Of a stretch of 64,000 nt of DNA, positions 9,527 to 18,641 are shown one piece after another. Source of the DNA: a virus (lineage: Duplodnaviria > Caudoviricetes); IMG/VR virus record IMGVR_UViG_2675903061_000001, positions 24,380 through 88,379 of that record; one strand, written 5' to 3'. Positions within the stretch are counted from its first letter, which is position 1. The number at the start of each line of letters is the position of its first letter. The notes below the pieces were generated by a model that did no database searches, had not been told where the DNA came from, and saw only the letters and a program-made list of their open reading frames with translations. The translations under genes were made by a program, and so were the position numbers.

Positions 9527-10468
9527 ATGCCCGAGTACTACCCGAACGGGGGCGCGGCGCAGGGCGCTGCGATGGAGCACAACGCCCGCCTCGCCGCCCG
9601 CACCCGCCACACCGGCCCCGCCACGCCGCCCCAGGGCGGCTCTGAGCGCCCCGCAGCCCCTCCGGTGACCAACGAGACGTCCGGGGCCGGGAACGGCCCT
9701 CAGGCGGGCGCTGAGCGCCTCGGCGACCACCGCTGCGGCAACTGCGATGGCATCGACCCCGCCTCGTGCGCCCTCCGGGGCACTCAGCCGCCGTCTGGCG
9801 GCCCCACAGCCCTCCCGGCGGACGTGGAGCCGCACGAGGGCGCCCCGGGCCGTCAGACGGGCGCTGAGGCGCTCACGGTCGCCGATTTCCCCGGGCGGCC
9901 CGGCGTCGCCCTGATCACCCTCCGCGCCGTCGAGTACGTCGACACCCAGCCCGGCACCGTCGAGATCGGCCTCGACACCGCCGTGATCCCCGAACTCCGC
10001 GCCGCTCTCGCCCAGCACGGCCGTCCCGCCGGTGGCCTGGACTATCTGGTCGGCCGGCTGCTGCGCGCGGCCGACGCCTGGGAGCGGCGGTTCCCCGACG
10101 CCGTCCGCACCGCGACCGTGGCCGACGCCGTCCGCGCCATGGCCGAAGCCGCCCTCGCGCGCCGCGACACCACCGACCCGTCGCCGGACGTACAGGGCCG
10201 CTGCCCCGCCTGCGGCAAGCCGTCGCTGTTCCTCGGCGCGGGCGGCCACGTCACGTGCCGCCGCCTCGACTGCCCCAACCCCAGCGCAGCCGACGACCTG
10301 CTCCACGCCGGACCGCAGCCGGACCCGGCCACGCTGACGGACGTCATGGCCGGCCTGCACCGGCTCGTCGCCGACTGGGAAACCACGCCCGGCACCGTCT
10401 CCTACGCCGCCGCGGCCGGAGCCCTCCGCCTCGCCCTCACCCGCACCCAGGAGACCCGCCGTGCCTGA
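9527..10468 (+). CDS. hypothetical mosaic phage protein
   Basis: GGAGG RBS before ATG 9527 (alternative start 9452); CPAC..GGHVTC..LDC module. Confidence 0.6.
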   Translation: MPEYYPNGGAAQGAAMEHNARLAARTRHTGPATPPQGGSERPAAPPVTNETSGAGNGPQAGAERLGDHRCGNCDGIDPASCALRGTQPPSGGPTALPADVEPHEGAPGRQTGAEALTVADFPGRPGVALITLRAVEYVDTQPGTVEIGLDTAVIPELRAALAQHGRPAGGLDYLVGRLLRAADAWERRFPDAVRTATVADAVRAMAEAALARRDTTDPSPDVQGRCPACGKPSLFLGAGGHVTCRRLDCPNPSAADDLLHAGPQPDPATLTDVMAGLHRLVADWETTPGTVSYAAAAGALRLALTRTQETRRA

Positions 10469-11012
10469 ACCCGAGAACACCCCACGCCAGCACGTCGAGT
10501 GGTTTGTGCAGGAGCAAATGCCCGATGGCACGTGGGATCAGGCATCCCGTGCCATCCTCGACCGCCCGGCCGCCGAATACCGCAGAGAGCGGCTGGCCGA
10601 CCGCTACGCCGGCGTGCGGTTCCGGGTCGCCCGCCGCACCACCACGGTCCTGATGGAGCCCGAGCCCGACGACAGCGTCACCGTCCGCCCGACCCGCTAC
10701 GAGGTGAGCCTGCTGCCGCCCGGCCACGACGCCTACCCGCACTACCGGCTGTGGGTTGAGGAGCTCGACCGGTACGGGTGGACGGTCCACGACGGGCACG
10801 CCTGCCTCGGCGCCGTTGACGACGACGGGCGCCTGTGGTGGTCCATCGGCACCAGCGTGTACGGCCGCGACGACGCCTGGACCGCCCGCTACCGCCACCC
10901 GGACCTGGACACGGCGCTGCGCCTCGCGGTGGCCGCCGCACCCCACCTCAACGTCAACGTCCGCACCGCCGCACAGGTACTCGCGGACGCAAAGGAAACC
11001 CGCCATGCCTGA
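10461..11012 (+). CDS. hypothetical phage protein
   Basis: Overlapping start with RBS; typical codon usage. Confidence 0.65.
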   Translation: MPEPENTPRQHVEWFVQEQMPDGTWDQASRAILDRPAAEYRRERLADRYAGVRFRVARRTTTVLMEPEPDDSVTVRPTRYEVSLLPPGHDAYPHYRLWVEELDRYGWTVHDGHACLGAVDDDGRLWWSIGTSVYGRDDAWTARYRHPDLDTALRLAVAAAPHLNVNVRTAAQVLADAKETRHA

Positions 11013-11232
11013 CACCCCGCGCCCCGGAGACGTCTACCACTCCTGCGACCCCCGCGGTGGACCCAGCATCCGCATCGAGTCCATCGACCACACCGGCCGC
11101 TACGCACACATCGTCGACGCCGCCACAGGCAAACGCCGCCGCCGCATCCTCCTCACCGCACTCCACGACAGCCCGACCACCCACACCGGCCGGCCCCGCC
11201 GCACCGGCTACGCCTTCGAGGAGCGTCCGTGA
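11005..11232 (+). CDS. hypothetical protein
   Basis: AAGGA RBS; frame of ORF 10756..11232. Confidence 0.6.
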   Translation: MPDTPRPGDVYHSCDPRGGPSIRIESIDHTGRYAHIVDAATGKRRRRILLTALHDSPTTHTGRPRRTGYAFEERP

Positions 11233-11663
11233 CCGACTTCCGCCTGATCATCACCGGCTCCCGCGACTGGACCGACACCGCAGCCATCCGCGACGCCCTC
11301 GACTACGCCATGTGCTACATCCAGGAACGCCGCCTCGTCGTCGTGCACGGAGCCTGCCCCACCGGAGCAGACCGGCACGCCGACCAGCTCGCCCGGCAGA
11401 TGCGCGCCCGGGGCATGCCCGTGGACATCGAGCCCCACCCGGCCGTCGGGCACCCCACCGAGGATTTCGGCCCCTGGCCCGGGGCGGGGCCACGCCGTAA
11501 CGCCCACATGATCGCGTTGGGTGCGGACGCCTGTTACGCGTTCATCCGCCCCTGCGCCAAGCGGCGCTGCCGCCATCCGGGGCCGCACGGCTCTCACGGC
11601 GCCACCGGATGCGCCGACCGAGCGGAAGCCGCCGGGATCCTCGTGCGGAGGTGGACCGCATGA
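11229..11663 (+). CDS. SLOG superfamily (YspA/DUF2493-like) protein
   Basis: IITGSRDW, VVHGACPTGAD and AGPRRNAHM motifs. Confidence 0.8.
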   Translation: MTDFRLIITGSRDWTDTAAIRDALDYAMCYIQERRLVVVHGACPTGADRHADQLARQMRARGMPVDIEPHPAVGHPTEDFGPWPGAGPRRNAHMIALGADACYAFIRPCAKRRCRHPGPHGSHGATGCADRAEAAGILVRRWTA

Positions 11664-11902
11664 GCAGCCCGGCCCCGGAACAGCAGGAGCGTCCGGTGTG
11701 CGCGGACTGCCGCCGGCCGCTCGTGGACCCCGCGTCCGTCGCGGCCGGCCGGGGCCCGGTGTGCGCCGCGAAACACCACCCCGCCGCCCGCGCACCGCAG
11801 GCGCGCCGCGCCGCTGCCGTTCCGGGGCCGGGCCAGACCTCGCTGCCCATCGCCGCGCAGACCGCCATCACCACCCTGCACATCAACCGGAGCTACCTGT
11901 GA
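11660..11902 (+). CDS. DUF6011-like zinc-finger protein
   Basis: CADCRRPLVDPASVAAGRGPVC motif. Confidence 0.75.
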   Translation: MSSPAPEQQERPVCADCRRPLVDPASVAAGRGPVCAAKHHPAARAPQARRAAAVPGPGQTSLPIAAQTAITTLHINRSYL

Positions 11903-12333
11903 GCCGCACCCACCTCAGCCCACGCCAACGCCAAGTCCTCACCCGCATCGCCCACGGCGCCACCTACCGGCAAGTCGCCACCGAACTCGGCGTCAAGGAA
12001 GCCACCGTCCGCGGCCACGTCCACCGCATCCTGACCGACCTCGGCGCCAACTCCTCCGCCCACGCCATCCACATCGCCCACCAGCGCGGACTCCTCGACA
12101 CCACCGAGCGGCCAGCCGCCCGGTACGCCACCGAGCTGCTCCTCACCGCGCAGGGCCTGACCGCTGAGCAGGTCGCAGACCGCCTCGGCATCACCCGCGG
12201 CGCGGCAGACGACCGCCTCCGGCAGGCCCGGCGCCTCCTCCGGGCGCGCACGATCGCGCACGCGATCGCCCTCGCCATCCGCTCCGGCCTCGTCCATCCC
12301 GACCAGATCACCGAACAGGACACCGCCGCATGA
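11899..12333 (+). CDS. Tandem LuxR-type HTH regulator
   Basis: LSPRQRQVL..GATYRQVATELGVKEATVRGHV, plus a second degenerate LuxR HTH. Confidence 0.8.
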   Translation: MSRTHLSPRQRQVLTRIAHGATYRQVATELGVKEATVRGHVHRILTDLGANSSAHAIHIAHQRGLLDTTERPAARYATELLLTAQGLTAEQVADRLGITRGAADDRLRQARRLLRARTIAHAIALAIRSGLVHPDQITEQDTAA

Positions 12334-12731
12334 CCGACAAACTGGCCGGCCCGGATCTCCTCCGCGCCGCATCCGCACGCCTCCGCCAGCTCGCCGACGC
12401 TGCCACCGAAGGGCCGTGGAGCACCCGATGGAACGGCCAGGACTACGAACTGGTCGGCGCGGGCGAGGTGATCGTCTCCTGGCTCTACACCGTCTCCACC
12501 ACCGAGCCGCACGCCAGCCAGCAGCGTGCCGAGTGCGACACCGCGGACGCCGACTACATCGCCGCCATGCACCCGGGCGTCGGCACCGCGCTGGCCGACT
12601 GGCTGGACTCAGTCGCGGATGAGGCCGACCGGCACGCCGCCGGAGGGTGGGGCAACGACGCCACCGAAATCACCGACGGCCACCCGATCACCCTTGCCCG
12701 CCAGATCCTCAACACCAAGGAGTCGAAATGA
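12330..12731 (+). CDS. hypothetical phage protein
   Basis: ATEGPW..DADYIAAMHP motif common in phage proteins. Confidence 0.7.
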   Translation: MTDKLAGPDLLRAASARLRQLADAATEGPWSTRWNGQDYELVGAGEVIVSWLYTVSTTEPHASQQRAECDTADADYIAAMHPGVGTALADWLDSVADEADRHAAGGWGNDATEITDGHPITLARQILNTKESK

Positions 12732-13168
12732 CCGCCCTTCCCCGCCGCTTCCACCTCCACCGCACCGTCGATGTCACCGGAGCCAGCGGCACCGGCCGCG
12801 TAGCCGACGGCGTGATGTGGCCCGACGGCACCGTCAGCATCCGCTGGCGCGGCCCCCGACCCTCCACCGTCACCTGGAACAACCTGGCCGACGCCGAACA
12901 CGTCCACGGTCACGGCGGCCACACCACGATCGTCTGGGACGACCCCGAACCCGCGCCGGACATCTACCTCGGCTCCCCTGGCTGCCCCCATTGCCCCGAC
13001 GGGCACACCCCGCCCGAACACGGCCAGCCCTGGGTCGCCCACGTCGGCCCCGAACGCGACAGCGACGGCCAGCCCACCCACATCCACGTGCAGCGGTCCG
13101 GCCTCGCCCACGTCGCCGACTCCGACGCCCAGTGGGCCGCCGACCGACTCAACGGCACCGCGCCGTGA
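12728..13168 (+). CDS. conserved actinophage protein
   Basis: DVTGASGTGRVADGV...HGHGGHT motif; AAGGAG RBS. Confidence 0.7.
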   Translation: MTALPRRFHLHRTVDVTGASGTGRVADGVMWPDGTVSIRWRGPRPSTVTWNNLADAEHVHGHGGHTTIVWDDPEPAPDIYLGSPGCPHCPDGHTPPEHGQPWVAHVGPERDSDGQPTHIHVQRSGLAHVADSDAQWAADRLNGTAP

Positions 13169-13848
13169 CCGCGCCTGGCCGCCTGCCGCTGCGCCCCGGC
13201 CGGCCCCTCGTCCACCGCCGCCCCAACGGCGCCTGGGGCCGGACCTGCCACTGCGCCGGACGAGGCCCCCTCCACGCCACCACCAGCGAAGCCCACAACC
13301 TCCCCTGGTGGGTGGCACTCGCCGCCGCCCTCGACCACGCCACCCACCGACACCCGGAGCAGCCGATGAGCATCTACGCCTCCTACCCCGGCATCAGCGA
13401 CGACCCCGACAGCCCCACCGGCCCGCCCTGGATCTACCAGGGCTCTCACGTCCTCCCGCACGAAGACGACCCCCGCGGCGGCGGCGTCGGACTCGCCGGC
13501 ATCCCCCCGCACATCACCCGCGACGGCCGCGACGACCGGTCCGAAAACGAACTCCCGCACCCCTGGCTGCGGCTGTCCCTGGACATGCTGCCGACGGACG
13601 ACCCGGCGGTCGTCCTCAACCCGGCGCAGGTGAGGGAACTCATCGCCCAGCTCACCGGCTGGCTCGGCGCCGTCGAGCCCGGCCGGCACATCTACCTGTC
13701 CACGTCCTGTCTCCACGGCCGGCACGGCCGCTGCTCCGCCCCCACCGCCACCAGCGACCACGGCGAGACCTGGACCAAAACCCCCTCCGTTTGCAAGTTC
13801 TGCAAATCCCCTTGCGTCTGTCCCTGCCACCCGAAGGGCCGGACGTGA
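13165..13848 (+). CDS. hypothetical protein (internal start with RBS at 13366)
   Basis: GTGA overlap at 13165 in frame with GGAG-ATG at 13366. Confidence 0.55.
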   Translation: MTAPGRLPLRPGRPLVHRRPNGAWGRTCHCAGRGPLHATTSEAHNLPWWVALAAALDHATHRHPEQPMSIYASYPGISDDPDSPTGPPWIYQGSHVLPHEDDPRGGGVGLAGIPPHITRDGRDDRSENELPHPWLRLSLDMLPTDDPAVVLNPAQVRELIAQLTGWLGAVEPGRHIYLSTSCLHGRHGRCSAPTATSDHGETWTKTPSVCKFCKSPCVCPCHPKGRT

Positions 13849-14057
13849 CCTACCTGCTGCTCGCCACCGCCGTCCTATACGCCGCCCGCCACCTTGCCAC
13901 GGTGGAGCACCGGCACGCCGGGGCCGCCCCGGCGCCCGACGCCGGACAGTACGCCGTCGGCGCCGTCTACGGCCTCGGCGCCGCCCTCGTCTGGCCCGCC
14001 ACCCTCCTCACCCACGCCACACGCCGAACCGCACCCACGAAGGACACCTGCCAGTGA
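13845..14057 (+). CDS. small membrane protein
   Basis: Two hydrophobic segments; overlaps on both sides. Confidence 0.55.
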   Translation: MTYLLLATAVLYAARHLATVEHRHAGAAPAPDAGQYAVGAVYGLGAALVWPATLLTHATRRTAPTKDTCQ

Positions 14058-14971
14058 CCGCCACACCCGACTTCGCCGAAACCCACCGCGCCCTCATCGC
14101 CGAGCACCTCGGAATCTCACCCGACGCCGCATGGGCCGGCATCCACTCCCGCGCCGCCAGCATCCGCCGGGCGCTGAACGGCGCCACCCTCCGTGCTTCC
14201 AGGGCTGAGAAGAAACTGCTCCGCGTCCGTCGCCTGGTCGCCGAGGTCCGCAACGAGCGCAAGGCGCAAGGTCTCAGCGTGGACGGAGTCATTCAGCGCC
14301 TTGAGGACATCCTCGGCGATCCCGAGCGGCTCCGGCCAGTGCCGGAGCCCACCGTCGAGACCCTGCCGCCGGCCGACATCGCCGCAGACCTCCGCGACCT
14401 GGCCGCCCACGCCCTCAACCCCCAAGTCACACGGGGCGAGCTGAACGCCCGGCTGCGCACGCTCTCCGACATCGCCCGCGGCCATGAGCCGGTCCACTAC
14501 ACCGCGCCGGGCGAGTGCGGTCCGGAGTGCTCGGAGGCGCACACCTACACCGGGCCGTGCGCGGCCCGCAGCGCCAGCACCGAGCCGCCGGCCCCGGCCG
14601 CCAGCACGAACCTGCCGCCCGCCGCCCCCGGCCACACCTTCACCGTCGAGTACGGCGGCGGGGAGCGCCGCCAGCTCGACTGGACCACCGCATGGACCAT
14701 GGACGGCACCGCCCGCGCCACCTGCACATGCGGGCTGGACACCGGATGGACGAGGTACGACACCGCCCACGCGATCGTGCGCCTCCACCTCCCCGACCAC
14801 TGGCCGGCCGCGCCGCTCACCGCCGACCAGCTCGGCCGCCTGATGCGCGCCGCCGAACGCGGAGGCGACGACGGCAAATGGCACGACATCGGCGAGCCGT
14901 GGCGCGAGCACTACCGGCAGCACGCCGCCTACCTGCTGGAACGCCTCCACATCACCCCGAAGGAGGGCTGA
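14054..14971 (+). CDS. hypothetical phage protein
   Basis: 305-aa ORF with coupled start. Confidence 0.65.
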   Translation: MTATPDFAETHRALIAEHLGISPDAAWAGIHSRAASIRRALNGATLRASRAEKKLLRVRRLVAEVRNERKAQGLSVDGVIQRLEDILGDPERLRPVPEPTVETLPPADIAADLRDLAAHALNPQVTRGELNARLRTLSDIARGHEPVHYTAPGECGPECSEAHTYTGPCAARSASTEPPAPAASTNLPPAAPGHTFTVEYGGGERRQLDWTTAWTMDGTARATCTCGLDTGWTRYDTAHAIVRLHLPDHWPAAPLTADQLGRLMRAAERGGDDGKWHDIGEPWREHYRQHAAYLLERLHITPKEG

Positions 14972-14974
14972 GCC

Positions 14975-15160
14975 ATGGACACACTCGCCCTGATCAACGT
15001 CGGCGCCCCGTGTCCCCTGTGCGAGCAGCTCATTCCGCTGCCGTTCACCCACCACACCACCGAGGCCACCCGGTACGGCGCCGCAACCGCAGCCCAGGTA
15101 GACCCCGCGCCACTGTTCGACCACATCAACACCGAGCACACCGAGGAGCAGCCCCGATGA
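14975..15160 (+). CDS. small C2H2-like protein
   Basis: GGAGG RBS; CPLC...HINTEH. Confidence 0.55.
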   Translation: MDTLALINVGAPCPLCEQLIPLPFTHHTTEATRYGAATAAQVDPAPLFDHINTEHTEEQPR

Positions 15161-15297
15161 CCTACATCGACGACACCCGCAATGCACTCGCCGCCAAACC
15201 CCCCGGCGAGGCCCCCGAACTGCTGGACCTGTACACACTGCTCACGCTGGTCAAGGGCCCAGCCGTCACTTGCCCCAACTGCCTCAACCTGCTCTGA
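15157..15297 (+). pseudogene. probably truncated actinophage protein
   Basis: 46 aa; LLDLYTLLTLVKG resembles the N-terminal half of a longer actinophage family (recalled, not searched). Confidence 0.35.
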
Positions 15298-15367
15298 CCC
15301 AGGCGCCCGGCCGACCCCGCCGGCCGGGCACCCGCACCCGCCCGACCCGCGCCATCCGGAGCCGACC

Positions 15368-16162
15368 ATGACCACCCCGCCCACCACCGAACCGGCCGCC
15401 GCGCCCCGCTGCGTCGCCTGCAACCGCCGCCTCCACCCCACCCAAGCCACACGCTGGGCATGCGACGACTGCGAGACCCAGGCACGCGAACACCTCGGCG
15501 ACATCCCCCGCTACTACCGCGCCGTCACCACCGCCCCCGTCGCACTCGGCTCCAACTGGGGCGCCGCACTCGGCACCACCATTCCCGGCTCCCGAACCCC
15601 GCCCGGCTTCGACCCCGGCACAGCCGACCTCGCCAGCCACGACCCCGTCGGCATCCTCCCCGCCCTCCACCAGGCGGTGCAGGACTGGGTACGCGCCGCC
15701 CGCGACACCGGCACCGCCCTGGAGCCGCCTGCGGGCCCGCCCTCGCCGCTCGCCCGAGTGGCCGTGTACTGCCGGTGGCTGCGCTGGCACCTGAACTGGG
15801 CCTGCGGCAACGTCCCCGACATCGACCGCCTCCTCCGCGCCGCCGCCGATGCGCACCGGCAACTCCGCCCCCGCGCCACCGGTGAACGGCCTGAGCGCGT
15901 CATATGGCGCGCCTGCCCGTGTGGAGGGCGTATCGGGTGGCGCCTGTCCAAGGACCGGTACCGGTGCGCCGTCTGCGGCACCGCCTACACCCGCGACACC
16001 GCCCGCGACCTCCCCCCGGCCCCCCGCACCAGAGCCGCCGCCGTCGACGTCGGCATGACCGAGATCCCTGTCAGCGACATCCCGCTGTGCAGTGACCTCT
16101 ACGACTTCTGGCCCTACGCAAGGCCCGGGTGGAGCGCGCCCTGGCGCCTCCTCGACCAGTAG
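15368..16162 (+). CDS. Zn-finger protein, possible late-gene regulator
   Basis: CVAC..CDDC and CPC..CAVC motifs; last gene of the early rightward operon. Confidence 0.65.
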   Translation: MTTPPTTEPAAAPRCVACNRRLHPTQATRWACDDCETQAREHLGDIPRYYRAVTTAPVALGSNWGAALGTTIPGSRTPPGFDPGTADLASHDPVGILPALHQAVQDWVRAARDTGTALEPPAGPPSPLARVAVYCRWLRWHLNWACGNVPDIDRLLRAAADAHRQLRPRATGERPERVIWRACPCGGRIGWRLSKDRYRCAVCGTAYTRDTARDLPPAPRTRAAAVDVGMTEIPVSDIPLCSDLYDFWPYARPGWSAPWRLLDQ

Positions 16163-16237
16163 TCGGTCCTCGCGCAGGCCGTGCGCGGCACGAAGCGAGT
16201 CCCCGCCGGCACCCGCGGCGGGGACTCGCCCGATACG

Positions 16238-16642
16238 TCAGAAGATCACGCCGGCCGTCGCCGCGCGCAGCACGCCCACCTTGTCCGCCAGCGCTGCGAG
16301 GAGCCGCTCGGCCGCCGGCAGGTCCAGTTCCGCCGCATCCCCCGTCGGGTCCGTCACCAGTAGCCGAGGCCCGTGGCCGGGGGACCACCACAGTTCCACG
16401 CCCACCCCCGGAGCGACCGAATCGAGCGGGGAGAAGTGCCCGATGTCGCCGAGCTCGGCCACGCGTTGTCCCTCATGGTCCACCCTGCACCACGACGGGC
16501 ACGCGACCAGCGTCGGCACCCCAGCGACCAGGACCGTCACCGTCCGCGGAACAGCCTGCGATCCTTCAGGGTGCGCCGCCGTGCCGTGTTCCGTGCCCCC
16601 GGCTGGGTCACGCCAGGACACTAGACCCCCTGCTACCGTCAT
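16238..16642 (-). CDS. DUF6907-like protein
   Basis: CPSWCRVDH motif and C-terminal ELDLPAAERLLAAL helix; GGAG RBS. Confidence 0.65.
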   Translation of the reverse strand: MTVAGGLVSWRDPAGGTEHGTAAHPEGSQAVPRTVTVLVAGVPTLVACPSWCRVDHEGQRVAELGDIGHFSPLDSVAPGVGVELWWSPGHGPRLLVTDPTGDAAELDLPAAERLLAALADKVGVLRAATAGVIF

Positions 16643-16678
16643 AGTCGACTCCGTCTCTTTGAGCTGGGACGAGTTGTT

Positions 16679-16739
16679 CAGCGGGCTGCGAACCCGCTGG
16701 TTCTTGCGGCGGCCGGGTGTTGGTAGCACCCGGCCGCCG
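16679..16739 (-). promoter_or_regulatory. Two adjacent stem-loops with 7-nt loops in the leader of the DUF6907 gene
   Basis: CAGCGGG-CTGCGAA-CCCGCTG (16679-16699) and CGGCGGCCGGGTG-TTGGTAG-CACCCGGCCGCCG (16707-16739). Confidence 0.6.
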
Positions 16740-16789
16740 TGCAGCCTGGCGACGAGAGCACGGTGGCAGCCGTGGATACCGAAACGCCA

Positions 16790-16854
16790 GGACATTCAGG
16801 TGGACATTTCCAATGTCCGGTCAGATGTCCGGTCACATGGCGTGACCGGACATC
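16790..16854. repeat. GGACAT/ATGTCC repeat cluster with a 13-bp-arm palindrome
   Basis: GATGTCCGGTCAC-ATGGC-GTGACCGGACATC at 16824-16854; further GGACAT/ATGTCC units upstream. Confidence 0.65.
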
Positions 16855-17321
16855 CAGGGGAACCGTAACCGTCCGCGTGATCAGGCCAAGGTCGCACCGG
16901 CGGAACATCGACACCATCAGAACATGGGAATTCTCGTGAAAGTCCAGTTCAACTAGACAAGGCAACCTCCCCACCTGCGCGGACAACCCCCGGATGTCTC
17001 CTGAAAAGTGACTTTGGGGGTGCGTGACGATGGCCGAATCGCAACGCATACCAGCCTAGGCGCCGACCGTCATCCACAGGCTGGAATCGGAAGGGTCTCA
17101 CGCAGCCCTCTGGCCAGCCGATTTGACACATCCGTTAGGCTTCTGGCGCCCCTCCGTATTGCCAGAAAGCTCGCCTCGACCCGCCAGTACAGGCCGGATC
17201 TCGTCGTGGCCCCGCCGAATCGGCAGTGCAGGCTCGTCCGCTGCTTCGGGCATGGGTATCCCTCCTTGGAGCTACGCCAAGCTTCCGGAAGTCACCTGCT
17301 CCGCGTAGCATCGAGTGTGGC

Positions 17322-17339
17322 CACTTCTTCGGAGAAGTG
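17322..17339. promoter_or_regulatory. Putative GntR (Kor) operator
   Basis: Palindrome CACTTCT-TCGG-AGAAGTG; core recurs at 18255. Confidence 0.65.
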
Positions 17340-17410
17340 CAAGGGATTCGCAGAAGTCGCACCCCAGCGAGGAGGCCGATAGCATCTCCGGAGAACCAAG
17401 GGAGGACGTT

Positions 17411-18160
17411 TTGGCAGGTGATCAGCGGCGCAAGGCGCTCCGGCACGAGGCGATCGCTGCGGATCTGAGCAGCCGCATCGCGAGCGGCGGCCTCCGCCCC
17501 GGGCAGAAGCTGCCCAGCGAGAAGCACCTCATGGAGCACTACGACGTCTCCCGGACCACCCTCCGCCAGGCCCTGGACAATCTCCGGGCAACTGGGCTCA
17601 TCGAGAGCCGACAGGGGGCCGGCATCACGGTCCGGGCCTTCCGGCCCATCAGGCGCTCGGCCGCACAGCGTCTGTCCCAGGAGGTCTGGGGAGAAGGCAA
17701 GTCCATCTGGGATGCCGAACTGGAGGATCGGCCGTGGCGGGTGGATGTCGAGGTGGACGAGGTGGTCCCGCCTCCTCGCGTTGCGCGGATCTTCGAGTCC
17801 GATGGGCCCGTCTGCCGCCGCAGCCGCCACTTCTACGTCGAGGACAAGCCCGTTCAGCACGCCGTCTCCTACCTGCCGGCCAGTCTCGTGGCGGGGACGC
17901 AGATCACCCAGCGGGATACCGGGCCTGGGGGCGTGTATGCCCGGCTCGCCGAGATCGGCCGCCGTCCCACCCGCTTCCGTGAAGAGGTGCGAGCCAGGAT
18001 GCCGTCGGTCACGGAGACCGCTGAACTGTCCCTCTCGCCTGGCACGCCCGTATTCGACATCACCCGTATTGCAGCGGACGACGAGGGACGCCCCGTCGAA
18101 GTCAACGAGATGCTCTTGGACGGCGGAAGCTACATCCTGGACTACGTCTTCTCCGCCTGA
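17411..18160 (+). CDS. GntR/HutC-family repressor with UTRA domain (KorSA/TraR-like)
   Basis: PGQKLPSEKHLMEHYDVSRTTLRQAL wHTH plus UTRA C-terminus; TTG start after GGAGG. Confidence 0.9.
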   Translation: MAGDQRRKALRHEAIAADLSSRIASGGLRPGQKLPSEKHLMEHYDVSRTTLRQALDNLRATGLIESRQGAGITVRAFRPIRRSAAQRLSQEVWGEGKSIWDAELEDRPWRVDVEVDEVVPPPRVARIFESDGPVCRRSRHFYVEDKPVQHAVSYLPASLVAGTQITQRDTGPGGVYARLAEIGRRPTRFREEVRARMPSVTETAELSLSPGTPVFDITRIAADDEGRPVEVNEMLLDGGSYILDYVFSA

Positions 18161-18179
18161 ACCGCAGCACCCCCCTGTG

Positions 18180-18213
18180 GCCCCCGGTCTCCTGACCGGG
18201 GGCTTTGTCGTTT
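18180..18213 (+). terminator. Intrinsic terminator after gntR
   Basis: GCCCCCGGTC-TCCT-GACCGGGGGC followed by TTTGTCGTTT. Confidence 0.75.
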
Positions 18214-18254
18214 CAGCTCATGCGGTCCGAGTAAGAGCGGCTACAGCGAACTGG

Positions 18255-18312
18255 ACTTCTTCGGAGAAGTAGGCTTCACTGGCAATGCGCAGGGGAACTC
18301 CTCCGAAGGAGT
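18255..18312. promoter_or_regulatory. Two putative GntR operators upstream of the transfer operon
   Basis: ACTTCTTCGGAGAAGT (18255-18270) and ACTCCTCCGAAGGAGT (18297-18312). Confidence 0.65.
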
Positions 18313-18560
18313 GCGCCCCGCCATGCCACGCCCAGACAGGAGCCACCGTGTCCAGCTCGAAACCCACAGCTCCGGAGAGGATGCTCCGCGCCCGGGAGGT
18401 CGCCGAACAGCTCCGGGTGCACGTGTCCACCGTCTACCGGCTGACCGAGTCGGGACGTCTCCGCGCGCACCAGATCGGCGAGGGTGCACGGCGCCGACGT
18501 GGTCTGCGCATCCCCGAGTCGGCCGTGGCGGACTTCCTCGACGACTCACGCGTCGCCTGA
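18285..18560 (+). CDS. Excisionase-like HTH_17 DNA-binding protein (start uncertain)
   Basis: MLRAREVAEQLRVHVSTVYRLTESGRLRA..LRIPESAV. Confidence 0.8.
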   Translation: MRRGTPPKECAPPCHAQTGATVSSSKPTAPERMLRAREVAEQLRVHVSTVYRLTESGRLRAHQIGEGARRRRGLRIPESAVADFLDDSRVA

Positions 18561-18568
18561 ACAGAAAA

Positions 18569-18601
18569 GCCCTGGCCGGAGATAGCAGCTCCGGCCAGGG
18601 C
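18569..18601 (+). promoter_or_regulatory. 13-bp stem, 7-nt loop hairpin
   Basis: GCCCTGGCCGGAG-ATAGCAG-CTCCGGCCAGGGC. Confidence 0.55.
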
Positions 18602-18641
18602 CAGTGACCTGCCTCACCTCGGAGAAGACAAGGAGATCACT

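Noticed and set aside
16678-17400. Short ORFs in the intergenic region upstream of gntR
   Set aside because: Atypical codon usage, no RBS or motifs; treated as non-coding or regulatory
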